A stretch of 64,000 nt of DNA from Phycisphaerales bacterium (GCA_043776515.1 JAYVRG010000050.1:138-64137), one strand, 5' to 3'; positions 27,224 through 36,720 are shown, numbered from the stretch's first letter. The notes: generated by a model from the sequence alone, not told the origin. Made by a program: numbers and translations.

Positions 27224-28633
27224 ATGCGAACATCTGTCGCGGCATCAACACTTCTGCTCGCACTCTGCGCCGGTTCTTCCAGCGCGTTGGTGTTATCGCC
27301 AGCTGGCGGGCCAGCCGCGCCGCGCTTGACGCTGCTGATGCGGGCCAAGCCGCCGGAGCCGATCACGCTGCTCTCCATCAACGCGACGGACGCGAAGGGG
27401 CCGGGAACAATCGTGTATCTGGACGCGGCGGGAGCTCAGCAAACACTCGCGCTCTCGGGGATCGTCGCGCTCGCGCCCGGTTCGTGGGTGCCCACGCCGG
27501 AAACCACCGCGCCGACGAGCGAAGACATGGACACCTCCGATCTGCCGGTGCATCGGCTGGACCTGACCGATGGGGAGCGATTCGTCGGCGAGCTGGCCTT
27601 CGCGCCCGCCAGCGGCACGCCCGCCGGGGCCAACAAATACTCGGACGATGCGGTGTTTCTGCGCCACGACAAACTCGGCCTGCTGGCGTTTCCGCTGGAT
27701 CGCGTCTTGAAATACTGGAGCAACGCGCGCCGGGTCGTTGCGCCGGGGGCTCGCGCACTCTCTACAACGAACGACACGCTGCTGCTGGCGAATGCGGAGC
27801 GGCTGGAGGGACTGGTCACGCGGCTCGCGCCGACGGTGGTGATCGAGATCGCGCAGCCGGGCGGCAAGCCCGGCGCGCCCAACCCGAAGGCGGACTCGAA
27901 GGCCGATACGAAGGGCGGTTCGGCGACGGCGAGTGCGAGAACGCCCGCGACGGAGATCGAGGCGGGGAATATCGCGCTGGTGAATCTCGTAAACCCGGCC
28001 GCGCCGCTGCGGACGCTGCGGATTGATCTGGCCGACGGCACCGTGCTGGCGGCCGATGCGCTGGCGGGAGATGCGCAGTCGGGAAAACTGACCTTCAAGG
28101 CGATCGCGGCGGGCTCGCGCGGGATGCTGGTGGACCTGGCGCAGCTCGCTGGCGTGGTGCCGGACCCATCGCGCATCACCGCGCTGGCGTCGCTGCCGAT
28201 CGCAAGCCAGAAACCAGCGGAGGGGCGAATCGGAGCGTCGCCAGCGCAGGTATTGGCGGACGCGGGCGCGCCGCTGGCAGCGGCGGACATCCTGCTGCCC
28301 GGACCGATGTCGGTGACATGGGCGATTCCCGCAGGCATCTCGTCGGTGATCGGCTATGCGCAGATGGATGATCGCTCGTTTGCGTGGGGCGATTGCACGG
28401 TGGTGGTGAGTGTTGTGCCTGCAACGACGGGCACGAGCGGGGGGGCGGAGCGCGAACTGGCACGCGGACGACTGAACGCGATGTCGCCGTCGCTGACGAT
28501 CTCCGCCGAACTCGGCGCGATCAAGCCGGGAGACACGCTGAGAGTCCGCACGGAATCCGGTGAACGCGGGCCGATCCAGGATCGCGTGGTGCTGCGCCGG
28601 GTCCTGCTGCTGAGCGGGGCCACGACGAACTGA
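27224..28633 (+). CDS. Hypothetical secreted protein, last gene of the Bat-like operon
   Basis: Signal peptide MRTSVAASTLLLALCAGSSSALV is present and the ORF has high-GC codon bias. I recognise no motif. Confidence 0.6.
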   Translation: MRTSVAASTLLLALCAGSSSALVLSPAGGPAAPRLTLLMRAKPPEPITLLSINATDAKGPGTIVYLDAAGAQQTLALSGIVALAPGSWVPTPETTAPTSEDMDTSDLPVHRLDLTDGERFVGELAFAPASGTPAGANKYSDDAVFLRHDKLGLLAFPLDRVLKYWSNARRVVAPGARALSTTNDTLLLANAERLEGLVTRLAPTVVIEIAQPGGKPGAPNPKADSKADTKGGSATASARTPATEIEAGNIALVNLVNPAAPLRTLRIDLADGTVLAADALAGDAQSGKLTFKAIAAGSRGMLVDLAQLAGVVPDPSRITALASLPIASQKPAEGRIGASPAQVLADAGAPLAAADILLPGPMSVTWAIPAGISSVIGYAQMDDRSFAWGDCTVVVSVVPATTGTSGGAERELARGRLNAMSPSLTISAELGAIKPGDTLRVRTESGERGPIQDRVVLRRVLLLSGATTN

Positions 28634-28658
28634 GCAACCATCAGAGCCGAGCGGCATC

Positions 28659-28777
28659 GTGCCACGGGTTCGTCCGCCGCGGCGGACAACCCGTGCTAGA
28701 ACGTGTGAGCACAAGGGTCTGTCACGCGTCTTTCGGGTCTTCATGGGTTGCCGCGAAGCGCGGCGAACCCGTGGCAC
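28659..28777. mobile_element. Family-1 REPIN-like element (119 nt, variant loops)
   Basis: GTGCCACGGGTTCGTCCGCCGCGGCGGACAACCCGTG ... ATGGGTTGCCGCGAAGCGCGGCGAACCCGTGGCAC lies between the convergent ends of the 27224 gene and mraY. Confidence 0.8.
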
Positions 28778-28800
28778 GCCGCCCCTCGTGGGTGGATGGG

Positions 28801-30000
28801 CTACCGCACCTTGACGAGCGCGAGCGCTGCCACCACCAGAATCGCGGTGATGATCCAGAACCGCGCGACCACCGTTTGCTCCGTCCAGCCGACAATGTGG
28901 AAGTGGTGGTGGATGGGCGCGACCTTGAAGAGCCGCTGACCGGTGCCGGTCTTTCTCCGGGTGTACTTGAAGTATCCGACCTGCAGCACCACGCTGGAAA
29001 TCTCTAGGATGAACACGCCGCTCATCAGCAGCAGGAGCAGTTCCTGGCGAATCACAACGGCGAGGTAGCCGAGCAGGCCGCCCAGCGCGAGCGAACCCGT
29101 GTCGCCCATGAAGACCTGCGCGGGCGAGCAGTTCCACCACAGAAAGCCCAGACAGGCCCCGGCGACGGCCGCGGCGAGAATGCACAGCTCATCCGCGTAT
29201 GCGATATACGGCATGCGAAGATACTGCGCCATGGTGTCCGCGCCGGCGATCGCCACCAGCACCAGCATCCCGAGCGAGACGATCGTCGTCGTGCCCGCCG
29301 CGAGGCCGTCCATGCCGTCGGTGATGTTCACGGCGTTGGACATGCCCGCGACCATCAGCATCGCGATGACAACGAAGAGCATCCGCGGCAGATACACCAG
29401 CGAATCGTTGATCGCCCAGCCACCCTGCTCGGTGCGCACCCAGGTCGCTTGAAACGGAACACTCACAACGTGCTGCAGCGCGCGATCCACCCCGGGCGTT
29501 TCGCCCTTCACATACAGGAACCAGCCGACCATCAACCCCAGGCCGAGCTGGAAGATCAGTTTTTCCCAGCCGTACAGCCCCTGTCGCGAGCCGCCGGGGC
29601 GCGACGCGGCGGTGAGTTTCAGCCAGTCATCAATCGACCCGAGCGCGGCGAGCCAGACCAGCACCACCAAGCCCATGATGACGTAAAACTCGCGGATGTC
29701 CGCGAGCAGCGCGGTGGATCCGAAGATCGCGGCGCAGATCAGCAGGCCGCCCATCGTCGGCACGTTCGCCTTGCTCTTGGCCGCGTCCTGGAGCAGCGCG
29801 GTATCGGCAAGGCCCGCGTCGCCGATCTTCTTGCGGCGCAGCCAGCGGATCACCGGCTTACCCGCGAGCAGGACAACGAAGAACGCCAGCGCGGCTGCGG
29901 CCAGGGCGCGGAACGAGAGCTGGTCCAGGATGCGGAACATCCACCAGACGCGATGGTCCTGCAGCCACGCACGAAAATGATCAATCAGAACGTAGAGCAT
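28801..30000 (-). CDS. mraY: Phospho-N-acetylmuramoyl-pentapeptide transferase
   Basis: NAVNITDGMDGLAAG, MGDTGSLALGGLLG and APIHHHF are present, with a 10-TM-like profile. Confidence 0.95.
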   Translation of the reverse strand: MLYVLIDHFRAWLQDHRVWWMFRILDQLSFRALAAAALAFFVVLLAGKPVIRWLRRKKIGDAGLADTALLQDAAKSKANVPTMGGLLICAAIFGSTALLADIREFYVIMGLVVLVWLAALGSIDDWLKLTAASRPGGSRQGLYGWEKLIFQLGLGLMVGWFLYVKGETPGVDRALQHVVSVPFQATWVRTEQGGWAINDSLVYLPRMLFVVIAMLMVAGMSNAVNITDGMDGLAAGTTTIVSLGMLVLVAIAGADTMAQYLRMPYIAYADELCILAAAVAGACLGFLWWNCSPAQVFMGDTGSLALGGLLGYLAVVIRQELLLLLMSGVFILEISSVVLQVGYFKYTRRKTGTGQRLFKVAPIHHHFHIVGWTEQTVVARFWIITAILVVAALALVKVR

Positions 30001-30012
30001 CGCACGCGGCCG

Positions 30013-31620
30013 TTATGCGGCCTGACTCTCCCCGCTTGCCCCGGCGCGCCCCACGCCGAGCAGTTCCGAAATCTGTGTGGTCTTCACTTCCACGCCGACC
30101 ATCCCCACACCCGTGGTCGGCTGCTCGGCTCTGGCACCATGTTTGCGGAGCGCGGCCACGACAAGTTCCAGCTTCACGCGGCGCGAGCCCTTCACCAGCG
30201 CGATGTCGCCCGGGCGCAGCATCGCGGCGATGTTCGCGGCGTGGTCGCCATCGGCGCTCTCGAACCAGCGGACGCGCGAGCCATCCCAGCCGCGCTCGTG
30301 CAGGGCTTTCTCTGCTTCTCGCATTCCTGCGCCGACCAGAACGGCCATGTCGATGCGAACATCATCGCCGCCCTCAGCGACGGCATCGGCAACGGCGCGG
30401 TGTCCGGCGGGCGCGCTGCTGCCCATTTCCAGCATCTCGCCGAGCACGACCACCGTGCGTCCGCCCGAGGCGATACCCGCTTTCTTGAGCGAGCAGAGCG
30501 TGCGGATGCCCGCGATCATTGAGTCGGGATTCGCGTTGTACGCATCGTTCAGGATGGTGATAGCGCTCGCACCATCGCCGATGCGATCGACGCTCAGCCG
30601 CATGTCCGCGCCGCCTGCGGTGAGCAGGGCATCGGTCGCCTTCTGATCGTCCACGCCCAACCGGCGCGCCACGGCGAGCGCGGCGATTGCGTTGAGCGCG
30701 TTGTGCTCTCCCACCAGCGGCATCTTGTACTTCTGGCGGGCGTTCACGGCGAAGCTCAGCCAGGCGCGCCCGTCTTGGATCTCGTGCTTCGCATCCGTCA
30801 GCCGCAGCGTCGCGTCCTGCTTGCGCCCGAATGTCACGAGGTTCTTCGCACACTTGAGGTGCTCGGTGAGTTCCGGCGCATCCGCCGTCGCGATCGCCCA
30901 CCCGGCGGGCTTGAGATACTTGAGAATCACGGCCTCTTCCGCCGCCACGCCCGCGAGATCGCCGAAGCCCTCGAGATGCTCGCGCCCGATGGATGTAATC
31001 ACCGCGATGTCCGGGCGAACGACCTCGGCGAGAATCTTGATCTCGCCCGGGTGATTCGTGCCGACCTCACAGATGAGGTATTGGTCGTTTTCCTTGGCCG
31101 CGAGGATGGTCAGCGGCACGCCGACGGCATTATTGAAACTCTTCTGGCTCGCCGTGCCGCGCATGGTTTTGCCGAGCAGGTGATCGACGAGCCGCGTGGT
31201 GGTGGTCTTGCCGTTGGAGCCGCAGATGGCGATCACCTTGGTGCGTTTGAGGGATTCCCGGTACGCGGCGGCGATCTTCAGCAGGGCCTTGCCGGTGTCG
31301 GCCACCTTCAACACGCCACAGCCGTTCAGGTCCGCGCCGGTCGGAATGCCAGCGACATCCTCAACCACCACCACCGGCGCGCCGGCGCGCACGGCGTCGG
31401 CCACGAACTTGTGGCCGTCGAAGTTCTCGCCGCGCAGCGCGATGAATATCTGCCCCTTGCGAATGGTGCGGCTGTCGGTATTGACGCCGATGATCGGCGC
31501 GTACAGGTCGGGCAGCGGCAGGTCGGCGGGGCGGTCTTTGGGCAACTCGATCTGCGCCGGGCGCACCACCCACGCTCCCCCGCTTGCGATACGAATGTTG
31601 TCCGGATTCCAGAACGGCAT
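30013..31620 (-). CDS. murF: UDP-N-acetylmuramoyl-tripeptide--D-alanyl-D-alanine ligase with a C-terminal extension
   Basis: VIAICGSNGKTTTTRL (P-loop), DAYNANPDSM and VKGSRRVKLE are present. About 40 extra C-terminal residues follow. Confidence 0.9.
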   Translation of the reverse strand: MPFWNPDNIRIASGGAWVVRPAQIELPKDRPADLPLPDLYAPIIGVNTDSRTIRKGQIFIALRGENFDGHKFVADAVRAGAPVVVVEDVAGIPTGADLNGCGVLKVADTGKALLKIAAAYRESLKRTKVIAICGSNGKTTTTRLVDHLLGKTMRGTASQKSFNNAVGVPLTILAAKENDQYLICEVGTNHPGEIKILAEVVRPDIAVITSIGREHLEGFGDLAGVAAEEAVILKYLKPAGWAIATADAPELTEHLKCAKNLVTFGRKQDATLRLTDAKHEIQDGRAWLSFAVNARQKYKMPLVGEHNALNAIAALAVARRLGVDDQKATDALLTAGGADMRLSVDRIGDGASAITILNDAYNANPDSMIAGIRTLCSLKKAGIASGGRTVVVLGEMLEMGSSAPAGHRAVADAVAEGGDDVRIDMAVLVGAGMREAEKALHERGWDGSRVRWFESADGDHAANIAAMLRPGDIALVKGSRRVKLELVVAALRKHGARAEQPTTGVGMVGVEVKTTQISELLGVGRAGASGESQAA

Positions 31621-31637
31621 GGAACTTCCTATTCAAC

Positions 31638-31755
31638 GTGCCACGGGTTCGCGTGCTGCTCTGAGCGGGCAACCCGTGATGCGCGAAGCGAACGCACAAT
31701 ATCCAACGAACTCCCGCACGGGTTGCCGCCCAAAGCGGCGGCGAACCCGTGGCAC
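31638..31755. mobile_element. Family-1 REPIN-like element (118 nt) in the murE-murF intergenic spacer
   Basis: Its reverse complement aligns with 8566-8682 along the whole length, with the same two arms and the same central gcgcgaagcg...cgcac hairpin. Confidence 0.85.
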
Positions 31756-31800
31756 GACATTCCGTAGCACGGAACCGTGTCACGACAACCCTACATCGGC

Positions 31801-33729
31801 TCACCCGCCCAAAGCCAATGACGCGCCGGCGGTCATGTCTTCACCATCGTCGCGATCGTCGTCTGTTCGCGCGGCCGCCAGCTCACGGACGGCGATCCCA
31901 CGCTCACGCAGCGCGGCCCGGGCCACCTCGCGATCATCGAAATGCCGCGTGATTGTCGCCCCCTTCTTCGCCGGGTCGGGCAATATCTGATAGTCCTCGT
32001 GCCCCTTGCCCGCGATGATGATGGTGTCCCCCGGCTTGGCCGCGGTGATCGCCAACCGAATGGCCCGCTCGCGGTCGGGTTCCACGACGACACCTCCCGT
32101 GCCACGGGTTCGCCCGCTGCTTTGAGCGGGCAACCCGTGCTCCCCCGCACGCACACCCGCGAGTATCTCCTCGATAATCCCCCCCGCGTCCTCCGTCCGC
32201 GGATTGTCACTCGTCACCACCACCCGATCCGCCATCTCCGCCGCAACTTTGCCCATGCGCGGCCGCTTGGTCCGGTCCCGATCACCGCCGCACCCGAACA
32301 CACACCAAAGTTCGCCACCCGCGACACGCCCCGGCATCGGCCCGGTGCCGATAGCACTCGTGCCGCGGCCGAGGTCATGTTTCTCACTGGGTTCTGAAGC
32401 CGCGCGCCCCATCGCCCCGCGCAACACCCCCAGCACCGTCGCCAGCGCATCATCGGTGTGTGCGTAATCCACGAACACCTGGATCGGAGCCCCAATCGCC
32501 GTCACCGGCTCCAGCCGACCCGGCGGCGCGCTCGCCTTCTCCAGCGCGCCCGCGATGATCTCGAAGCTCAGGGCATCCTCATCCGTCCCACCCCAGAGCG
32601 CGTGTACCGTCGCCACCGCCTGCAGCGCGTTCATCACGTTGAACGCACCAACCAATGGCACGCGGCAGACACAGTGCCCCCACGGGCCCGTGAACTCCAC
32701 ATCCGTCCCTTCCGTCGTCGCACCCATGACCCGCGCGCGGCAGACGGTTTCGGGAGCGGTTCCGCCAACGATCGGAAGGGTGGCACTGGCAGCTTGCTGC
32801 CAGTGGTGCGTGCCTTGTGCTCCCGACACGGGCAGCAAGCTGCCCGTGCCACCCGATTCTGATCCCGTGCCACCCAATACTGATATGGATCCCTCCACCT
32901 TGCACCGCACCACCCGCACGCCCGACTTCATCCCCTTCACCATCCGCGAGTGCCCCGCGTCTTGGATGTTCACCACCGCCACGCCGTCTGTGGGGAGATG
33001 CTCAAACAGCATCGCCTTGGCCGCGGCGTATTCCTCCATGGTTTTGTGATAATCCAGATGGTCGCCGGTCAGATTCGTGAACACCGCCGCGTTCCAGTGC
33101 AGCGCGCCGACGCGCCGCTGGTGCAACGCATGGCTGGAAACCTCCATCACCGCCGCCTGACACCCAGCGTCGTGCATCCGCGCGAAGGTGCGGGAGATTT
33201 CCAGCGCGGGCGGCGTCGTCAGCAAGGCCGCGGCGGTCTCCACGCCGTCATCAATCACCACCGTGCCGATCAATCCACAGCGAATCCCCAGCGCGTTGAG
33301 CATCTGGTGGATGAGAAACGTCGTCGTCGTCTTCCCGTTGGTCCCCGTCACCCCGATCACCCGCATCTTCGAGCTCGGCTCGCCATAGAACCGCTCCGCC
33401 AGCCGCGCGATGGCGAGGTTGGTATCCGTCGCGGTCAGCAGCGCGACGCCCTGGGTGGCCCGCCGCTCCGCGGCGGCTCCCCTTTCCTGATCTGTCGCTC
33501 CCAACCGAAACCCCGGATCATCCGTGAGAATCGCCGCCGCGCCCGCCGCGATCGCCCCCGCCACAAACCCCTTCCCATCCACCTTCTCCCCCTTGCGGGC
33601 GATGAAGAGCGACCCGGGCATGACGGTACGGGAGTCCTCGGTGATATCGCACACGCGCAGGTTGCTCACCTCGTCGCCCGGGTTGACGATCCGGACATCG
33701 AGTCCGTGGATGAGGTCGGCGATCCGCAT
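31801..33729 (-). CDS. murE: UDP-N-acetylmuramoyl-L-alanyl-D-glutamate--2,6-diaminopimelate ligase carrying in-frame repeat insertions (643 aa, unusually long)
   Basis: VTGTNGKTTTTFL, DYAHTDDAL, GCGGDRDRTKRPRMG and AGKGHEDYQ are present. The start is set at MRIADLIHGLDV (33729). It contains the repeat elements at 32099-32139 and 32778-32875. Confidence 0.9.
   Translation of the reverse strand: MRIADLIHGLDVRIVNPGDEVSNLRVCDITEDSRTVMPGSLFIARKGEKVDGKGFVAGAIAAGAAAILTDDPGFRLGATDQERGAAAERRATQGVALLTATDTNLAIARLAERFYGEPSSKMRVIGVTGTNGKTTTTFLIHQMLNALGIRCGLIGTVVIDDGVETAAALLTTPPALEISRTFARMHDAGCQAAVMEVSSHALHQRRVGALHWNAAVFTNLTGDHLDYHKTMEEYAAAKAMLFEHLPTDGVAVVNIQDAGHSRMVKGMKSGVRVVRCKVEGSISVLGGTGSESGGTGSLLPVSGAQGTHHWQQAASATLPIVGGTAPETVCRARVMGATTEGTDVEFTGPWGHCVCRVPLVGAFNVMNALQAVATVHALWGGTDEDALSFEIIAGALEKASAPPGRLEPVTAIGAPIQVFVDYAHTDDALATVLGVLRGAMGRAASEPSEKHDLGRGTSAIGTGPMPGRVAGGELWCVFGCGGDRDRTKRPRMGKVAAEMADRVVVTSDNPRTEDAGGIIEEILAGVRAGEHGLPAQSSGRTRGTGGVVVEPDRERAIRLAITAAKPGDTIIIAGKGHEDYQILPDPAKKGATITRHFDDREVARAALRERGIAVRELAAARTDDDRDDGEDMTAGASLALGG
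32099..32139. repeat. Solo family-1 REP hairpin inside the murE coding sequence
   Basis: GTGCCACGGGTTCGCCCGCTGCTTTGAGCGGGCAACCCGTG is translated on the minus strand as ..EHGLPAQSSGRTRGT.. within ILAGVRAG-[insert]-GVVVEPDRERAI. Confidence 0.85.
32778..32875. mobile_element. Family-3 element (77 nt) plus an extra terminal fragment inside the murE coding sequence
   Basis: GGGTGGCACTGGCAGCTTGCTGCCAGTG...CACGGGCAGCAAGCTGCCCGTGCCACCC has the same architecture as 40883-40961. It is followed by a second CCCGTGCCACCC. Confidence 0.8.
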
Positions 33730-33831
33730 GAAACATCCTATCTCCGCTCCTGATTGGGGCCGCAACCGACCACAACGGTTCTTCACGACCGATATTGCAG
33801 CCACGTTCCGCCACCGCCCGATCCACACCGC

Positions 33832-35415
33832 ATGAGCCAGCTAGAATCGCAGCGTTTTTCGAGCATACGAGCCGGTTTTGCCATCGCGGCCCTCGCAACT
33901 GCGGCGGCCGTTCACGCGCAGCCGGGGGTGATCTATGCGGATGCGCACGCTCCGGCGGGCGGCAACGGCGCATCTTGGGCCACGGCGTTTCGGGATTTGC
34001 AAGATGCGATTGCGGCGGCGAATGCGGACCCCGATCACTACGTTGGAAGTCAGATACGTATAGCGCAGGGTATCTACACGCCTGATCGCGCCAGCGGCGA
34101 CCGGAGCATGGCCTTTACACCTTCCAGCGCAATTTCCCTTATGGGCGGATTTGCGGGACTTCTGGCCAGCAATCCCGATCAACGCGACACGAGCCGATTT
34201 GTGACTGTCTTGTCTGGAGACCTCGCCCGGAACGACGGCTCTGACTTCACAAACTACGAGGACAACTCTCGATGTATCGTTGATCTCAGCGACCAAGACC
34301 TCGCGGTACTCGATGGCGTGACAATCCGGGGCGGTTCTGCCCCTGAGTCGGACGATCCATTCGCAACGAGAGGTGTCGTTACGGGTGTGCGCAAGGCATC
34401 GAACGGCCAAGTGATTCAGAGAAATGTCATTCTGCATCGATGCCGACTCGAGCAGAATTTGGCCGGGCTTGGTACACCAATCGTTCGCGGTCCGATCGTC
34501 TTGATGTTCGATTGCAAAGTATTTGGAAACTCAACGATCGAGGCACCAACAGTGTTCGGAGCGACTCCGTTCCTGATCCGTTGCGAGTTTCGCGGGAATC
34601 GGGTTCGCTCAGTATTCGTCCCCGAGTTCTCGCCGGGACTCATCGGCGGAATGGTTGCGGATGCTTTCCCGATGCACGTCTTGACATGTCTCTTTGCCGA
34701 CAACCTCTGCGAGGGTCCCGGCGCGATTGTGTGCAATGGCTTTTCGACTTCGGAGATTTCGCACTGTACATTCGTGGCCCATCCGACGCTGCCACGCCCG
34801 GCGATCGCGGTGCTGCTTGGCTCTCGCATCTCGCTGCGAAACTGCGTCTTTGCGCCCGGAGGCGGCGCACCATACCCGTCGGCGTTTGTTCACGTCGCAG
34901 CGGCGCAGATATTCCAAGACGACATTGACTCTTCCAATCTATTCTCAAATGGCCAAAGTGGCATCTCGGTCACGTCGAGCCCATCTTTCCCAGTTTCTGT
35001 GCGAGCGGGCGATCCCGCGTTTGTGCTGCCCCGTGGTACCGACAACGATCCAGCAACTTGGCGAGACAACAACTATCACTTGCTGGCGAGTTCGCCCGCG
35101 ATCGACACCGCAGGCAGTTCAAATGAGTATCCATCGAATGACTATCGAGACTTGGATGGCACTTCACCTTTCGATGCACCAACGGTGGTCAACCACGGCA
35201 CGGGGCTGACTCCATATCTCGATCTGGGATGCTATGAGTTCACCGAACGTCTCTGTCCCGCCGACTTCAACGCCTCCGGCTCTCTGACTCCCGCCGACAT
35301 CTACGACTTCCTGAACGCCTGGCTCGCCGCAGACCCCCGCGCGGATTTCAATGGCTACGGCCTCAGCGCACAGGACATCTTCGACTTCCTCGGCGCATGG
35401 TTCGCTGGTTGCTGA
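33832..35415 (+). CDS. Secreted parallel-beta-helix-like protein with a C-terminal GC-type dockerin-like module
   Basis: Signal peptide MSQLESQRFSSIRAGFAIAALATAAAVHAQ is present. The C-terminus is CPADFNASGSLTPADIYDFLNAWLAADPRADFNGYGLSAQDIFDFLGAWFAGC. G+C is lower than in the core genes. Confidence 0.7.
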   Translation: MSQLESQRFSSIRAGFAIAALATAAAVHAQPGVIYADAHAPAGGNGASWATAFRDLQDAIAAANADPDHYVGSQIRIAQGIYTPDRASGDRSMAFTPSSAISLMGGFAGLLASNPDQRDTSRFVTVLSGDLARNDGSDFTNYEDNSRCIVDLSDQDLAVLDGVTIRGGSAPESDDPFATRGVVTGVRKASNGQVIQRNVILHRCRLEQNLAGLGTPIVRGPIVLMFDCKVFGNSTIEAPTVFGATPFLIRCEFRGNRVRSVFVPEFSPGLIGGMVADAFPMHVLTCLFADNLCEGPGAIVCNGFSTSEISHCTFVAHPTLPRPAIAVLLGSRISLRNCVFAPGGGAPYPSAFVHVAAAQIFQDDIDSSNLFSNGQSGISVTSSPSFPVSVRAGDPAFVLPRGTDNDPATWRDNNYHLLASSPAIDTAGSSNEYPSNDYRDLDGTSPFDAPTVVNHGTGLTPYLDLGCYEFTERLCPADFNASGSLTPADIYDFLNAWLAADPRADFNGYGLSAQDIFDFLGAWFAGC

Positions 35416-35496
35416 TTCACGAATCAAGCGTCTCTTTTTCCGCCGCGGCGAGAGAACCTTCACACGTCCCTCGCGTTTCCGTGGTACATTCCCGGC

Positions 35497-36426
35497 ATGA
35501 TGCACCACCATCCTCGCGCGTTTCTGACCGCCGCTGTACTGCTGATCGCCCCGCTCTGCGGCTGCTCCGACCATTCCAAACACGACACCTCTAGCGCCCC
35601 ACCGCCGCCGGACCACCCCACGGCCCCGCCGCTGCCGAAGGACTCCGCGCCGACTCCGCCGAAGGAACCGACCGCGCCGCCGCTGCACGACTCATCCGGC
35701 GCGGCCGCGCCCGCACCCCTTGCACAGCCCTTGCCCGTCGTAACCGCACCCACCGCCCCCCCAGCGCCCGCACCCAAAACCACCATGTCCGACCTGCGCA
35801 CCGACGGCAATCTCATGGAGCGCCACAAGCGCATCGTCGCCGAGGCATCGCAGGGCGGCAACGAGATCGCCTTCATCGGCGACTCCATCACCGAGGGCTG
35901 GGCCGGCGCGGGCAAGGATGCGTGGAAGAACATCTGGGAGCCGCGCCACGGCGTGAACTGTGGCATCGGCGGCGACCGCACGCAGCACGTCATCGGTCGC
36001 CTCGATAACGGACTCATGGACGCCCTCTCCGCATCGAACAACAACATCAAGTGGGTCGTGCTGATGATCGGCACGAATAATACCGGCGGCGGCCCCAATG
36101 GAGATAGTGCGGCCGACATCGCCGCGGGCAACGAGACCATCATCAACAAGCTCCGCGCCGGGCTGCCCAAGGCCGAGATCGCTCTGTTCGCCGTCTTCCC
36201 CCGCGGCCAATGGCCCAGCCCGCAGCGCGACACCATCGACGCGATCAACAAACGCCTCCAGACCATCGCCGCGCGCGACCCGCGGCACATCCACTACATC
36301 GACATCGGCCCGAAGTTTCTCAAGCCCAGCGGCGAACTCCCGCCGGTCCTGATGCCGGACTTCCTGCACCTTTCGCCGATGGGGTACAAGATCTGGAGTG
36401 ATGAGCTGGCGAATGTGATCAAGTGA
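35497..36426 (+). CDS. SGNH/GDSL hydrolase-type esterase lipoprotein
   Basis: Lipobox-like LIAPLCGC is present. The SGNH blocks are IAFIGDSITEGW, GIGGDRTQHV, VVLMIGTNN and DFLHLSPMGY. Confidence 0.85.
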   Translation: MMHHHPRAFLTAAVLLIAPLCGCSDHSKHDTSSAPPPPDHPTAPPLPKDSAPTPPKEPTAPPLHDSSGAAAPAPLAQPLPVVTAPTAPPAPAPKTTMSDLRTDGNLMERHKRIVAEASQGGNEIAFIGDSITEGWAGAGKDAWKNIWEPRHGVNCGIGGDRTQHVIGRLDNGLMDALSASNNNIKWVVLMIGTNNTGGGPNGDSAADIAAGNETIINKLRAGLPKAEIALFAVFPRGQWPSPQRDTIDAINKRLQTIAARDPRHIHYIDIGPKFLKPSGELPPVLMPDFLHLSPMGYKIWSDELANVIK

Positions 36427-36440
36427 GTAAATGAGTCAGT

Positions 36441-36690
36441 GGGTGGCACGGGCGGCTTGCCCGCCCACGGTGTTGCCCACCGGGCCACGGCTCACCGTGC
36501 CACGGGTTCGCCCGCTGCTTTGAGTGGTCTACCCGTGATGCGCGAAGCGAGTACACGATTCTCCGCGCTCCCACGCATCGCTTCCAACATCACGGGTTGC
36601 CCGGCGAAGCGCCGAGCGAACCCGTGGCACGTCCAAGTCGTGTTCTTGCGTGCCACGGGTTCGTCCGCCGCGGCGGACAACCCGTGGCAC
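36441..36690. mobile_element. Composite repeat cluster: family-3 half element, a full family-1 REPIN (36497-36630) and a solo perfect family-1 hairpin (36650-36690)
   Basis: The parts are GGGTGGCACGGGCGGCTTGCCCGCCC; GTGCCACGGGTTCGCCCGCTG...GAGCGAACCCGTGGCAC; and GTGCCACGGGTTCGTCCGCCGCGGCGGACAACCCGTGGCAC. Confidence 0.85.
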
Positions 36691-36720
36691 GAATCCGAAC
36701 CCAGGGCACGAACTCGATAA

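Noticed and set aside
36439-36720. ORFs made entirely of repeat DNA, for example 36439..36720(+), 53883..54152(+), 8546..8767(+) and 25715..26074(-).
   Set aside because: Their translations (..ATGSPAALSGLPV.., ..MGFPAHAPP..) are just the hairpin repeats read in an open frame. They lie in intergenic positions and have no start context.
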